A DNA stretch of 50,969 nucleotides from a virus (Duplodnaviria; Caudoviricetes): IMG/VR virus record IMGVR_UViG_3300025486_000003, positions 1 through 50,969 of that record; one strand, given 5' to 3'. Below the pieces are notes generated by a model. That model did no database searches. It was not told the origin of the DNA and was given only the letters and a program-made list of their open reading frames with translations. A program made the position numbers and the translations under genes. Shown here piece after piece: positions 1-8,867 of the stretch (position 1 is its first letter; each line of letters opens with the position of its first letter).

Positions 1-611
1 CGGGTTAACACCTCCAACTCGGCTCGCAGCCGTTTCAATTCGCCGTTCAGCTCGACTTGGCGGTTAAACTGCTTTTCGCGCAGGACTTTCTTTTCTAAAG
101 CGGCAATCTCACGATCGAGCTTCTGTCGTCGTTTATCACGGTCAACCGCCTCGGAAATATCGCCATCCGCACCGAGCCGCCCGCCCGCTATCTGTCGTGC
201 TAAGTTTTCATACAAGGCGTCCAGATTCAGTCCCTCGAACCTCAGCGTAAACCCGTCAAGAGAAAACCAGTTTGTGTTGTAAAACTTGCCAGAGGCTTCC
301 ATCCACGCTTGCGCCTCATCACCAAAAGTCAGCACAAACAGGATTTTATATGGTATCGCTTTAGCGATGACGGGCAAGACGCGATTGTCTAGCCCACGCT
401 GCCTTAAAGCTACCTCGAACACCTGAATCTCTTTCACTGTTTCGCCGGTAGCGACGCCAACCGTACTGTCCGCGAGTTTGTTTCGCCAGACGACTAATTC
501 TATCTGGTCTTTTATCATGTCGCGCAACTGGGTGGTCAGCGTCGCGTTGGCGTAAAGCTTTTCTTTCGCCACACGGCGGTTCACCTCAGTTGAGCGGGGC
601 AATCCCAACAT
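1..611 (-). CDS. DUF4391-family protein, partial (runs off the left edge)
   Basis: Absent from the ORF track; translated by hand from ATG at 611: MLGLPRSTEVNRRVAKEKLY...EKQFNRQVELNGELKRL, open to position 1. Lies directly after the SNF2 helicase, the usual context upstream of type III R-M mod/res genes. Confidence 0.8.
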   Translation of the reverse strand, partial: MLGLPRSTEVNRRVAKEKLYANATLTTQLRDMIKDQIELVVWRNKLADSTVGVATGETVKEIQVFEVALRQRGLDNRVLPVIAKAIPYKILFVLTFGDEAQAWMEASGKFYNTNWFSLDGFTLRFEGLNLDALYENLARQIAGGRLGADGDISEAVDRDKRRQKLDREIAALEKKVLREKQFNRQVELNGELKRLRAELEVLT

Positions 612-615
612 AGCG

Positions 616-3600
616 TCACCTCATCACAAGGAAGCAAATCAACTCGAAGTCGTTCAGCCCGCTGGTATTGGTGTTCAAGGCAGATGTGCCACCAGGTCTG
701 AACAGGCTATCGATATCGCTTTCCTCTTTTACTTCTACGATTGAATTAATTGCATCCGACAGTAGAGCGGACACACTCTGCATATTACGTCCATCTTTCG
801 TTTCGGCGTTGAACTCACGGCAGACATCCATCACCGGTTTGGACTTACCTCTGCACAGTGAGCGTGTTTTATCGAGTAATTCCTTAGGGGATAGGTGGTC
901 GCAGATGACTTCTCCGTCCGTCCCAATATAAAGCATATAAAACGGGTGGAGACGGTTTTGCATATCGATGTTGACGCTATTGTTGCGGTTCTTGAGAACG
1001 AAAACAACTCCCGCAGGACAATCCTCAGAGGCGGGAACGACGGCATGGAGCCCGAACGGAACTTTATCCATATCCCCATTGTTTTTTACATATTCAAGTA
1101 GGTCGAGCCGGAACTCGTTTAGTCCTAAATCCATAATGGAGATGCCCGATTGCATATCCTCAATATCCACGACTTCCTCTTGAAGCCGTTTCAGTTGCGC
1201 CTTGCGGTATTCAAGGTCGCCTTTTTCCTCTGCATTGATAAGGTCGTCGTCGCCTGTTGCGGTCATCACGGAAATCCGCATTCTTGTTTCGACACGGCCC
1301 TTGAGGGAAAGGTACTCATCCAAATTCACGTCCGGCCAGAAACTTACAAGCTGAATAACCGCATTGCGGCTGCCAATACGGTCGATTCGCCCGAAACGCT
1401 GGATAACCCGCACGGGATTCCAATGAATATCGTAGTTGACACAGTAGTCGCAGTCCTGCAGGTTCTGACCTTCCGAAATACAGTCCGTGGCTATCAGCAC
1501 GGAGATGTCGTCTCGGTTGTTCGGCATCAGCAGGTTCTTATCTTTTGAAATCGGGGAGAATAAGGTCAGCACCTCGTTCATTGAAGCCCGCTGTCCCTTA
1601 ATCGTCGTCTTGCCGTCCACGCTGCCCGTGATCATCGCCGTGTCAAGCCCGAACTTCGACTTCACGAATGTGCTCACGTTTGCGTAAAGGTACTCTGCCG
1701 TATCGGAGAATGCCGAGAAAATAAGGATTTTGCGGTTATCCTCATTTATCGGACTGGTCAGCTTGCTCTCGATCAGCCCAAACAGGGTCTGGAGTTTGGT
1801 GTCGTGTTTTGGCGTAATGTCGTCGCTCATCAGCTTCAGCAGTTCTAACGTGTCGGCATCCTCCGTGAGCCTGTCTCGCCATGTCTTGTAGTCCATATCG
1901 GCAAGGTCTATTTTTATACTGTGTTCGGAAGCAAAATACTCCGTATTGCGGTCATCGTCGTCGAAGTCCGCATCGGCGCCCACAAGTTCCCGTCCATTGA
2001 TAACTGAGCCACCGCCAACGATGAATGCGTCTATCTCGGTAATGGTATCGTCAATCAGTTTTTTAACGCGCCCGAGGGTCAAGCGGAAGGACTCCACGGA
2101 ACTTTCGAGACGTTTCAAGAGGTTAATGCTCATCAAACGTCGTATGCCCATTTCGCGCCCGGCGCGGTTAATATTTATCGACGTGTCTACATACTTAGCA
2201 AGTTGGCTTGGGAAAATGAAATCGGTCGGGACATAGACCGAGAGGTTCAGCTTCATCAAATGGTCATAGATTTCGTTGTAGTTTATCGCGCTCTCCAAGT
2301 CGCTAAGGCGAGGGCGCAGGGAGAGGGGCTTCAACCGTTCGGGGAACGAGCCTATCTCACCCATGTTGTAATATTTCTCTATGTGCTTGCGGGAGCGGGC
2401 GATGGTCACGCTGTCAAGCACCTCAAAGAAGTCAAAGTCCAGCGACTTCAACAGGGCGTCCGTTGTACGTCTGCTATCTTCCTGTTTGTTCCATTGATTG
2501 AACACCTTTTGCGCGTTTCGGAAAATCTCGTCTATCGTGCGCTTTGTGCCGAGTTTCTCATTTATGAGGCTTGGATTACCCTCATAAGCAAGTTCAAGCT
2601 GGTGGCGCAAATCTGTGAAACGGTTGTTGACTGGGGTAGCCGAAAGCATCAGAACCTTAGTCTTTACGCCCGTGCGTATAACACGGTTCATTAAACGAAG
2701 GTAGCGGTTCTCGCGGCGGTCTTCACCATAGACCTCGCCGCCGTTTCTGAAGTTATGTGACTCATCGATTACCACAAGGTCATAATTTCCCCAATTGAGC
2801 CTATCCAAATCAAGCCCGTTAGATTTGCCACGATCCCTTGAAAGGTCTGTATGGTAAAGTACGTCGTATCTCAGACGGTCGGTAGCTATTGTGTTGTTGA
2901 CGTAGTTGCCCTTGAAAGTGTTCCAGTTGTCAGACAGCTTTTTTGGGCATAGCACAAGCACGGAGCGGTTGCGGTTCTCGTAATACTTGATGACCGCAAG
3001 GGCGGTGAATGTTTTGCCGAGGCCGACGCTGTCCGCAAGGATGCATCCGTTGAAAGATTCAAGTTTGTTGACAATCGCAAGAACCGCATCCTTTTGGAAC
3101 GTGTAGAGCTTACTCCAAATCTTGCTCTCTTTGAAGCCAGTCGCCTCGTTTGGCAGTACGTCCTCGGAAACGTCCTCCAAGAACTCATTAAAGATGTTAT
3201 ATATCGTCACAAAGTAAATAAACTCCGGAGCGTTTTCGTTGTAAGCGGCGGTGATGCCATCGATGACCTGCTCGGTCACGTCTTGCATCAGGCTTTTATC
3301 ATTCCATATCTGGCTGAACATGCGAATGTACTCGCCCGAAAGCGGCGCAAACATTTTATTAATTGGATTGATGATATTGTTGCCGCGCTCACACCCGATG
3401 TCAGCGGTGGTGAATCCGTGGAGTGGCATATAGGTCGTAGTCTCTTCGCCGACCACGTTCATAAAACCGCTGATGTTGCCACCTGTCAGGTTGGAGCGGA
3501 ACTTCACTTTCTTGCGAATCCAGTCTGCGCATTCGCGGGCGATAGACTTCTGGGTCAGTTCGTTTCGAAGTATAACTTCGAACTCGGTACCGTAGAGGGA

Positions 3601-3849
3601 ACGCTCACGATCAAGGCGGGGTATGTAGAACTCCCGCTTTTCTTTAGGCGCTTTCTCTTGCAGGAATGTCGGTGAGGTGAAGATAAAGCGCAACTCATCA
3701 ATGCCATCAAGCTGCTTCTTGAGGGCTTGATAAGCATAGATGGAGAAACACGCCGCCGCCACGGACAGCTTGTCGCCTTTCTTTATTGTGACCGTCAAAT
3801 CGTCCTTGACGGTTTTACTCACGTTATCGAACATTTCCGGCATCTGCAT
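616..3849 (-). CDS. SNF2-like SF2 helicase with a probable degenerate PLD-like N-terminal domain (R-M-associated type)
   Basis: Walker A ILADSVGLGKT, DESHNFRN, LSATP, SEGQNLQ, QRFGRIDRIG; 1077 aa. Confidence 0.88.
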   Translation of the reverse strand: MQMPEMFDNVSKTVKDDLTVTIKKGDKLSVAAACFSIYAYQALKKQLDGIDELRFIFTSPTFLQEKAPKEKREFYIPRLDRERSLYGTEFEVILRNELTQKSIARECADWIRKKVKFRSNLTGGNISGFMNVVGEETTTYMPLHGFTTADIGCERGNNIINPINKMFAPLSGEYIRMFSQIWNDKSLMQDVTEQVIDGITAAYNENAPEFIYFVTIYNIFNEFLEDVSEDVLPNEATGFKESKIWSKLYTFQKDAVLAIVNKLESFNGCILADSVGLGKTFTALAVIKYYENRNRSVLVLCPKKLSDNWNTFKGNYVNNTIATDRLRYDVLYHTDLSRDRGKSNGLDLDRLNWGNYDLVVIDESHNFRNGGEVYGEDRRENRYLRLMNRVIRTGVKTKVLMLSATPVNNRFTDLRHQLELAYEGNPSLINEKLGTKRTIDEIFRNAQKVFNQWNKQEDSRRTTDALLKSLDFDFFEVLDSVTIARSRKHIEKYYNMGEIGSFPERLKPLSLRPRLSDLESAINYNEIYDHLMKLNLSVYVPTDFIFPSQLAKYVDTSININRAGREMGIRRLMSINLLKRLESSVESFRLTLGRVKKLIDDTITEIDAFIVGGGSVINGRELVGADADFDDDDRNTEYFASEHSIKIDLADMDYKTWRDRLTEDADTLELLKLMSDDITPKHDTKLQTLFGLIESKLTSPINEDNRKILIFSAFSDTAEYLYANVSTFVKSKFGLDTAMITGSVDGKTTIKGQRASMNEVLTLFSPISKDKNLLMPNNRDDISVLIATDCISEGQNLQDCDYCVNYDIHWNPVRVIQRFGRIDRIGSRNAVIQLVSFWPDVNLDEYLSLKGRVETRMRISVMTATGDDDLINAEEKGDLEYRKAQLKRLQEEVVDIEDMQSGISIMDLGLNEFRLDLLEYVKNNGDMDKVPFGLHAVVPASEDCPAGVVFVLKNRNNSVNIDMQNRLHPFYMLYIGTDGEVICDHLSPKELLDKTRSLCRGKSKPVMDVCREFNAETKDGRNMQSVSALLSDAINSIVEVKEESDIDSLFRPGGTSALNTNTSGLNDFELICFLVMR

Positions 3850-3875
3850 ACTTTTTGCTCCTTAGATTCAATAGT

Positions 3876-4076
3876 TTATTCTTTTATTTTCCCCTCACGC
3901 ACCCACTCGTCTACCTCAGAGATTTTGAACTTATATCGCTTGCCTGCACGGTAGAATGGCAGTTTGCCTTCTTTGACCCATGTCCGAGCTGTGTCTTCGC
4001 TTATAGATAGGTGGGTGGCGATATCTTCAAGGTTTACCCACTTCTCAGGCGTGATGATCTCAGGTTCGTTACTCAT
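3876..4076 (-). CDS. Small excisionase-like helix-turn-helix DNA-binding protein
   Basis: 66 aa, WVNLEDIATHLSISEDTARTWVKEGKLPFYRAGKRYKFKISEVDEW; GGGAGGA RBS upstream. Confidence 0.85.
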   Translation of the reverse strand: MSNEPEIITPEKWVNLEDIATHLSISEDTARTWVKEGKLPFYRAGKRYKFKISEVDEWVREGKIKE

Positions 4077-4163
4077 TTAGAATCCTCCCTATTTACATAC
4101 TGGAGAGGATAACACTAGTCTTTGATCAGTAGGTGTTATCCATTTTGCTGTTGTTAGCGCAGA

Positions 4164-4796
4164 TTATGTGGGAGCAAGCACACTAATTCCAGCAGCTTTT
4201 AGTTCTTCTATTAGGTTGACCTTCTTGATTGCCCAGTGGGTGCGGTTCAGTTCGTTGAACGAGGATGCACTTTGCAGGGCAATTTGGGTGGCAATCTCAT
4301 TTAGCCTTTGCTGTGGTATATTTGACAGCGGACGGAAATGAATCTTGATGCCGTTATCTTGCTTCTTCACGTCGGTCACAAGACCAAAGTAGGCTTGATG
4401 GGCATCGTCGGTTTTGCCGTAGCTGCGGTTCTCGCTCGCAAAGAGGGACGGGAATGTCTTGATTTGTGAAACTGCCTCCTCGCTTAAAGCGGAGAACTGC
4501 TCCTTGGATTCCGGCGACATACTCTCCGTCAACGCCCTGTCTTTTGGAACAGTAAAGTGGCAATCGCAGAAGGTTTCGCTGCCAATAACGAACAGATTGT
4601 AATAGTCCATATTGAGGGCAACGTTTGTGTTGACAATGCCACCCAATACCGGAGACATCATCGGAATGATCAGATTCACAACATTATTTACGTTGTTAGC
4701 CTGCGCGATTTGCATACTTCTTTCGCCGGTCTGTGTGAAGACTGTAGTATTTGGAGGTAAGTTTTCTAATGGAAGTGTTTTTGGCTTATTGTTCAC
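4164..4796 (-). CDS. Hypothetical protein with an N-terminal RHIM-like N/Q-rich motif and a globular C-terminal domain
   Basis: GTG at 4796 follows a GGGGGTGG RBS and overlaps the upstream stop; the track start at 4805 is an alternative. Motif VFTQTGERSMQIAQANNVNNVVN; C-terminal domain ends ELNRTHWAIKKVNL. Confidence 0.75.
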   Translation of the reverse strand: MNNKPKTLPLENLPPNTTVFTQTGERSMQIAQANNVNNVVNLIIPMMSPVLGGIVNTNVALNMDYYNLFVIGSETFCDCHFTVPKDRALTESMSPESKEQFSALSEEAVSQIKTFPSLFASENRSYGKTDDAHQAYFGLVTDVKKQDNGIKIHFRPLSNIPQQRLNEIATQIALQSASSFNELNRTHWAIKKVNLIEELKAAGISVLAPT

Positions 4797-5700
4797 TTTT
4801 ACCACCCCCGCTGTTATTTATCGTAATCGTATCAACGCTGCCGATTTGAATACTGTTGTTCCCGTACTGGTTAAAGACAAACGGATTATTAACCGTCTGG
4901 TTAGTTGTCTTTGAAGAGGCATCGTCAGCTGTATCTTCCACAAATGGTTCGCCGGAGTCTGCAGATGATTCGTCCTCAACTGTAGCAGCGGCTTCCTGTT
5001 CTATCTTGATGTCTGCCATTTCAAGCAGCATTACGTTAATAGACCGAGTAATGCTATCGCCCATATTTCCCGCATATTTTCTTTCTGCTCCGCCCCTTGA
5101 CGGGCACCAAGCGTCGTAGGTAGCTTTACCCGCTTTATTCTCTGGTCTATTTACAATGACGAAGTGCCAAACGCCCAACAGAAAAGTCTGCAAGCAGAAG
5201 TCGCTCATGCCACGGAGAGCGGCTTTTGTTATTCCTTGCCCATTTTCGACTATGAAGAATTCTTGATCGTCATCAATGCTCTGATCAGCATTTATTAGAT
5301 CGAGTAATGCCTTTACAAGCCAGACCTCTTTTGGCGTACTTGTCCCAACTTCAAGGAAACGGCTAACAAAATCATTCATCATTTTTAGTGCGGCAAGATA
5401 TTGCGTTTTTACGCGGTTATCGAATGCCATTATTTCCTGATTGAAAAGAAAGGAAAGATTGGTGCCATTATTTTCGCAAGACTTGTAATCAAACACATTT
5501 GTACTAAAAGTATCCTTATTTCTTGGCTCGGCGTACTCAAGGTAAACCACTCTGCCAAGACCTGCGAAGGTTTCAGGTTGTGATAGGCCATCGAGTTCAC
5601 CAGCATGTTGGCTGCGCTTGCTTGTCCGTTGTTTTCGTGCTTCCAGAACCAGTGTAAAAAACGTGCCGCCACATAACACAGGGTAAGCGATGTTTGCCAC
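4786..5700 (-). CDS. Hypothetical protein with an acidic linker and a C-terminal RHIM-like motif
   Basis: AGGAGG RBS before GTG at 5700; 304 aa; ends ...EDESSADSGEPFVEDTADD...VFNQYGNNSIQIGSVDTITINN. Confidence 0.8.
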   Translation of the reverse strand: MANIAYPVLCGGTFFTLVLEARKQRTSKRSQHAGELDGLSQPETFAGLGRVVYLEYAEPRNKDTFSTNVFDYKSCENNGTNLSFLFNQEIMAFDNRVKTQYLAALKMMNDFVSRFLEVGTSTPKEVWLVKALLDLINADQSIDDDQEFFIVENGQGITKAALRGMSDFCLQTFLLGVWHFVIVNRPENKAGKATYDAWCPSRGGAERKYAGNMGDSITRSINVMLLEMADIKIEQEAAATVEDESSADSGEPFVEDTADDASSKTTNQTVNNPFVFNQYGNNSIQIGSVDTITINNSGGGKSEQ

Positions 5701-5785
5701 TCAGTTGCCTCCCTAGAAACTCATTTACTCTATTAACTATATTAACTCAAATCTCAGTTGACTGCCACCCAATGAACTTCAAGTT

Positions 5786-5821
5786 AGCCCTTAGAGAGCA
5801 ATCTCTAGGGGCTTTTTTTTT
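5786..5821 (+). terminator. Intrinsic terminator-like hairpin in the divergent control region
   Basis: AGCCCTTAGAGA-GCAA-TCTCTAGGGGCT followed by a T-run. Confidence 0.75.
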
Positions 5822-5883
5822 GCCTTGGATTGGACAATCACACGGTTATCTTCAGTCCAATTCCAGGCAAAGCCTGCCAAAAC

Positions 5884-5911
5884 ATTATAACAAAAAAAGT
5901 AAAAATGTCAA
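5884..5911 (-). promoter_or_regulatory. Consensus sigma-A promoter of the leftward operon
   Basis: Minus strand TTGACA-N16-TATAAT with an extended -10 TG. Confidence 0.75.
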
Positions 5912-5931
5912 TCTATGGAGGGAAGTCAAGG

Positions 5932-6510
5932 ATGAGGAATTACCAAAAACTCTATTACCAGCACTACTATGAAATGCTCCCAAGCGGAGTGGAAACAGAA
6001 GTAACCCGCCGAGAGTGCTTTGCGCCCGCCGAAGTTCCGACCCCGGCTAATCCTTTTAAGCAGCGGTGGTACTACGACCCCGAAGCAAGCTGCGCCATTC
6101 GGCTGCCTAGAAATAAGCTGGGTGATGTTCTTGGAAAACGCAACGCCGCCGACTTGAAAGCTGCAGAGCGCTATCAGATCCAAAAGATTGAAAATTGCCC
6201 CGGCGAACTGGACAAACCCATTGCCAATCGCGACGGACGCAAAGCTATCTTTTTAGAAGTTGCAGACGAGACTGCCGACATCCTTGCCATTTTGGAAGAT
6301 CAGGAGCGGCTTTCTGCGCTTAGCTTTGTGCTTAAGAGCCTTGCGCCAGATGAACTTGAACTCTGGGACTGTCTTGTAAAAAAGGTAAAAAAACAGGACA
6401 TTGCCGACCGTTTCCGGATTACCCTTGACGGCGTGTACTACCGTGAGAAGCGGTTAAAATCTATTCTGCGTTCCAACGAAATCCTCAAAAGTTTTTTCAA
6501 AGGCAACTGA
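5932..6510 (+). CDS. Sigma-70 region-4-like transcriptional regulator
   Basis: ATG at 5932 after GGAGGGA; C-terminal LAPDELELWDCL..KKQDIADRFRITLDGVYYREKRL is sigma4/HTH-like; first gene of the rightward operon. Confidence 0.65.
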   Translation: MRNYQKLYYQHYYEMLPSGVETEVTRRECFAPAEVPTPANPFKQRWYYDPEASCAIRLPRNKLGDVLGKRNAADLKAAERYQIQKIENCPGELDKPIANRDGRKAIFLEVADETADILAILEDQERLSALSFVLKSLAPDELELWDCLVKKVKKQDIADRFRITLDGVYYREKRLKSILRSNEILKSFFKGN

Positions 6511-6516
6511 TTTTTG

Positions 6517-6554
6517 ACTACGGATTCTTGCTACTTACTGTCCAGTAGAAAGTG
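6517..6554 (+). promoter_or_regulatory. Repeated bipartite motif, copy 1 (candidate phage-sigma promoter)
   Basis: ACTACGGA-N13-CTGTCCAGTAGAAAGTG; second copy at 11593-11630. Confidence 0.6.
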
Positions 6555-6594
6555 AGGGGCGACGCTCCTACACCATAAAAATGGAGGTAAAGCA

Positions 6595-6795
6595 ATGCAA
6601 ACAAGAGAGTGCGTCCGTTTTGCAAAGTACCGCGACCGCGAACGGAACGAGGAAATTATCGGCGTTTTAACTGCAATCAGCATCGTGAGCAAAAGGCTTG
6701 CCGGCAAGCTGATCGCTTTAGAACAACGATACGCGGAAAAATCGAGAGGAGAAAAATGCTATGACACCAGGCAAAGCCAAGCAAATCGAAAATGA
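6595..6795 (+). CDS. Hypothetical phage protein
   Basis: GGAGGT RBS; 66 aa; overlaps the next gene. Confidence 0.6.
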   Translation: MQTRECVRFAKYRDRERNEEIIGVLTAISIVSKRLAGKLIALEQRYAEKSRGEKCYDTRQSQANRK

Positions 6796-7084
6796 CCTCG
6801 CACGTCTTGCGGCAGCAATCGGCAAAATCGCTGAGGAAATCAAAGCTCTGTACGAATCTGAACACGACTCTGATGAGATATGCAGCCAGCCGGATCTGCC
6901 ACAGGAAAGACCTGCGCAAACACCCACACTTGAGGAGGTGCGCGGCATCCTCGCAGACAAGGCGTCAAGTGGATTCAGAGAGGCGGTGCAAACGCTAATT
7001 AAGAAGCACGGCGCAAACAGACTCTCTGATATCGACCCGTCAGAATACGACCTCCTCGTCAGAGAAGTGAGGGCGCTCAAATGA
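6761..7084 (+). CDS. Conserved phage replication-module protein
   Basis: TLEEVRGILADKASSGF...LIKKHGANRLSDIDPSEY, typical of the gene preceding DUF2800. Confidence 0.7.
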   Translation: MTPGKAKQIENDLARLAAAIGKIAEEIKALYESEHDSDEICSQPDLPQERPAQTPTLEEVRGILADKASSGFREAVQTLIKKHGANRLSDIDPSEYDLLVREVRALK

Positions 7085-8202
7085 GTGATGGGGCAAAACA
7101 CTCACTGCTATCGCCGTCGTCTAGCAACAGATGGATAGCATGCCCACCGTCAGCTCGACTGACTGAGAACTATCAAGACGCAAGTTCGAGCTATGCTGCA
7201 GAAGGCACTCAGGCACACAGCGTAGCGGAATTAAAGCTACGACACAAACTCGGTCAAGCTTCAGTGCCGCCTAGTTGCGACAACATTGAGATGGCGGAAT
7301 ACACCGACGACTACGTCGCTTTTGTTACAGAGCAGATGGAGGGGTTAACCAACCCGAAACTGTTTGTAGAACAGAAGGTCGACTGCTCCCGCTGGGTGCC
7401 TGAATGTAAAGGAACCTGCGACGCGCTCATTGTCTCGGAGGGTGTACTTCAGATAATTGATTTAAAAACGGGACGCGGCGTGAAAATTGACGCAGAAGGT
7501 AACGGCCAGCTTCGGATTTATGCCCTTGGTGCTTTGGAGCTGTTCGGCTTCCTCTACCCCATTAACAAAGTAAGGATGAGCATCTTCCAGCCAAGACTCT
7601 CCAACTGTTCCACATGGGAAATGTCTCGCGAGGATATCGAAAAGTGGGCTGTTGAAGCTCTCAAACCCGCAGCAGAACTGGCGTGGTATGGCAACGGCAA
7701 CTACAAGGCAGGCGAGCATTGCCGCTTCTGCAGGGCGAAAGCAAAATGCCGCGAACGCGCCAAAGCGAATATGGCGCTTGCCGCATACGATTTTACCGAT
7801 CCCGCCTTGCTTGAAAACGACGAGATTGCGACCATCCTTGGCAAGATTGACGGGCTGGTCTCATGGGCATCAGATGTAAAAGACTTCGCTCTCTTAGAGG
7901 CACTAAAAGGCGTGCGGTTTGCTGGCTGGAAGCTGATCAAGGGCAGGAGCAACCGCAAGTACACAGACGAGACGGCTGTCGCAGAAGCTGTCAAGTGTCT
8001 CGGGCTGGACCCATATGAACACAAAGTCCTAGGTGTTACCGCGATGGCCTCGCTTCTTGGAAAGAAGCGATTCGAGGAGACAATCGGCGCACTGATCGAA
8101 AAACCCCAAGGCAAACCGGCGCTTGTTCCGGCAACAGACAAGCGCCAAGAAATCTACATTACTACGGCGGCAGACGATTTTGCCGACCCAATTGAAAATT
8201 AG
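7081..8202 (+). CDS. DUF2800 / PD-(D/E)XK Cas4-like exonuclease
   Basis: HSLLSPSSSNRWIACPPS, GTCDALI, IIDLKTGRG, HCRFC..KAKC. Confidence 0.85.
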   Translation: MSDGAKHSLLSPSSSNRWIACPPSARLTENYQDASSSYAAEGTQAHSVAELKLRHKLGQASVPPSCDNIEMAEYTDDYVAFVTEQMEGLTNPKLFVEQKVDCSRWVPECKGTCDALIVSEGVLQIIDLKTGRGVKIDAEGNGQLRIYALGALELFGFLYPINKVRMSIFQPRLSNCSTWEMSREDIEKWAVEALKPAAELAWYGNGNYKAGEHCRFCRAKAKCRERAKANMALAAYDFTDPALLENDEIATILGKIDGLVSWASDVKDFALLEALKGVRFAGWKLIKGRSNRKYTDETAVAEAVKCLGLDPYEHKVLGVTAMASLLGKKRFEETIGALIEKPQGKPALVPATDKRQEIYITTAADDFADPIEN

Positions 8203-8214
8203 GAGGATTCTATC

Positions 8215-8793
8215 ATGGCAAACAAGGGTGCAGTCAACCCCACGAAAATTATCACGGGTGTATGCCGACTGAGCTATGCGAACATCTGGCAGGCGAGATC
8301 CATCAATGGCGGCGCGCCGAAGTATTCCACCAGCATACTCATCCCAAAAAGCGATGCCAAGACAATCGCCAAGGTCAAGGCGGCAATCCAAGCCGCCTAC
8401 GAAGAGGGAGAAGCCAAATTAAAGGGCAACAGCAAATCTGTGCCATCTCTTGCTTCTCTAAAAACCCCTTTGCGTGATGGCGACACAGAAAGACCCGGCG
8501 ACGAGGCTTATGCCGGTCACTGGTTTCTAAACGCCAACAGCAACACGGCGCCGGGCGTGGTGGACGCAAACCGCGAACCCATATATGACACAAGCGAAAT
8601 TTACTCCGGCGTGTATGCCCGTGCTTCCCTCTCGTTCTTCGTTTTCAACAGCAACGGCAATCGTGGCATCGCCTGCGGACTGCAGAATATCCAGAAGGTG
8701 CGCGACGGCGAGTCACTTGGTGGGAAGGCAAAAGCCGAAGACGATTTCGATGACGATTTCAAGACTGACGATAACGAGGACTTCCTCAAATAA
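8215..8793 (+). CDS. DUF2815 single-stranded DNA-binding protein
   Basis: RLSYANIW, KYSTSILIPK, YSGVYARAS, acidic C-terminal tail. Confidence 0.85.
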   Translation: MANKGAVNPTKIITGVCRLSYANIWQARSINGGAPKYSTSILIPKSDAKTIAKVKAAIQAAYEEGEAKLKGNSKSVPSLASLKTPLRDGDTERPGDEAYAGHWFLNANSNTAPGVVDANREPIYDTSEIYSGVYARASLSFFVFNSNGNRGIACGLQNIQKVRDGESLGGKAKAEDDFDDDFKTDDNEDFLK

Positions 8794-8867
8794 AGCAAGG
8801 AAAACAAGCGGAGGGGGGTGGGAGAAATGCAGTCTCCCGCCCCGCTTTAGTCGGGAGGTAGCTGTTT

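Noticed and set aside
616-3849. DISARM or BREX assignment for the helicase locus
   Set aside because: No DUF1998, PglZ, BrxC or associated methylase in view; DUF4391 adjacency fits a type III R-M-associated locus better.
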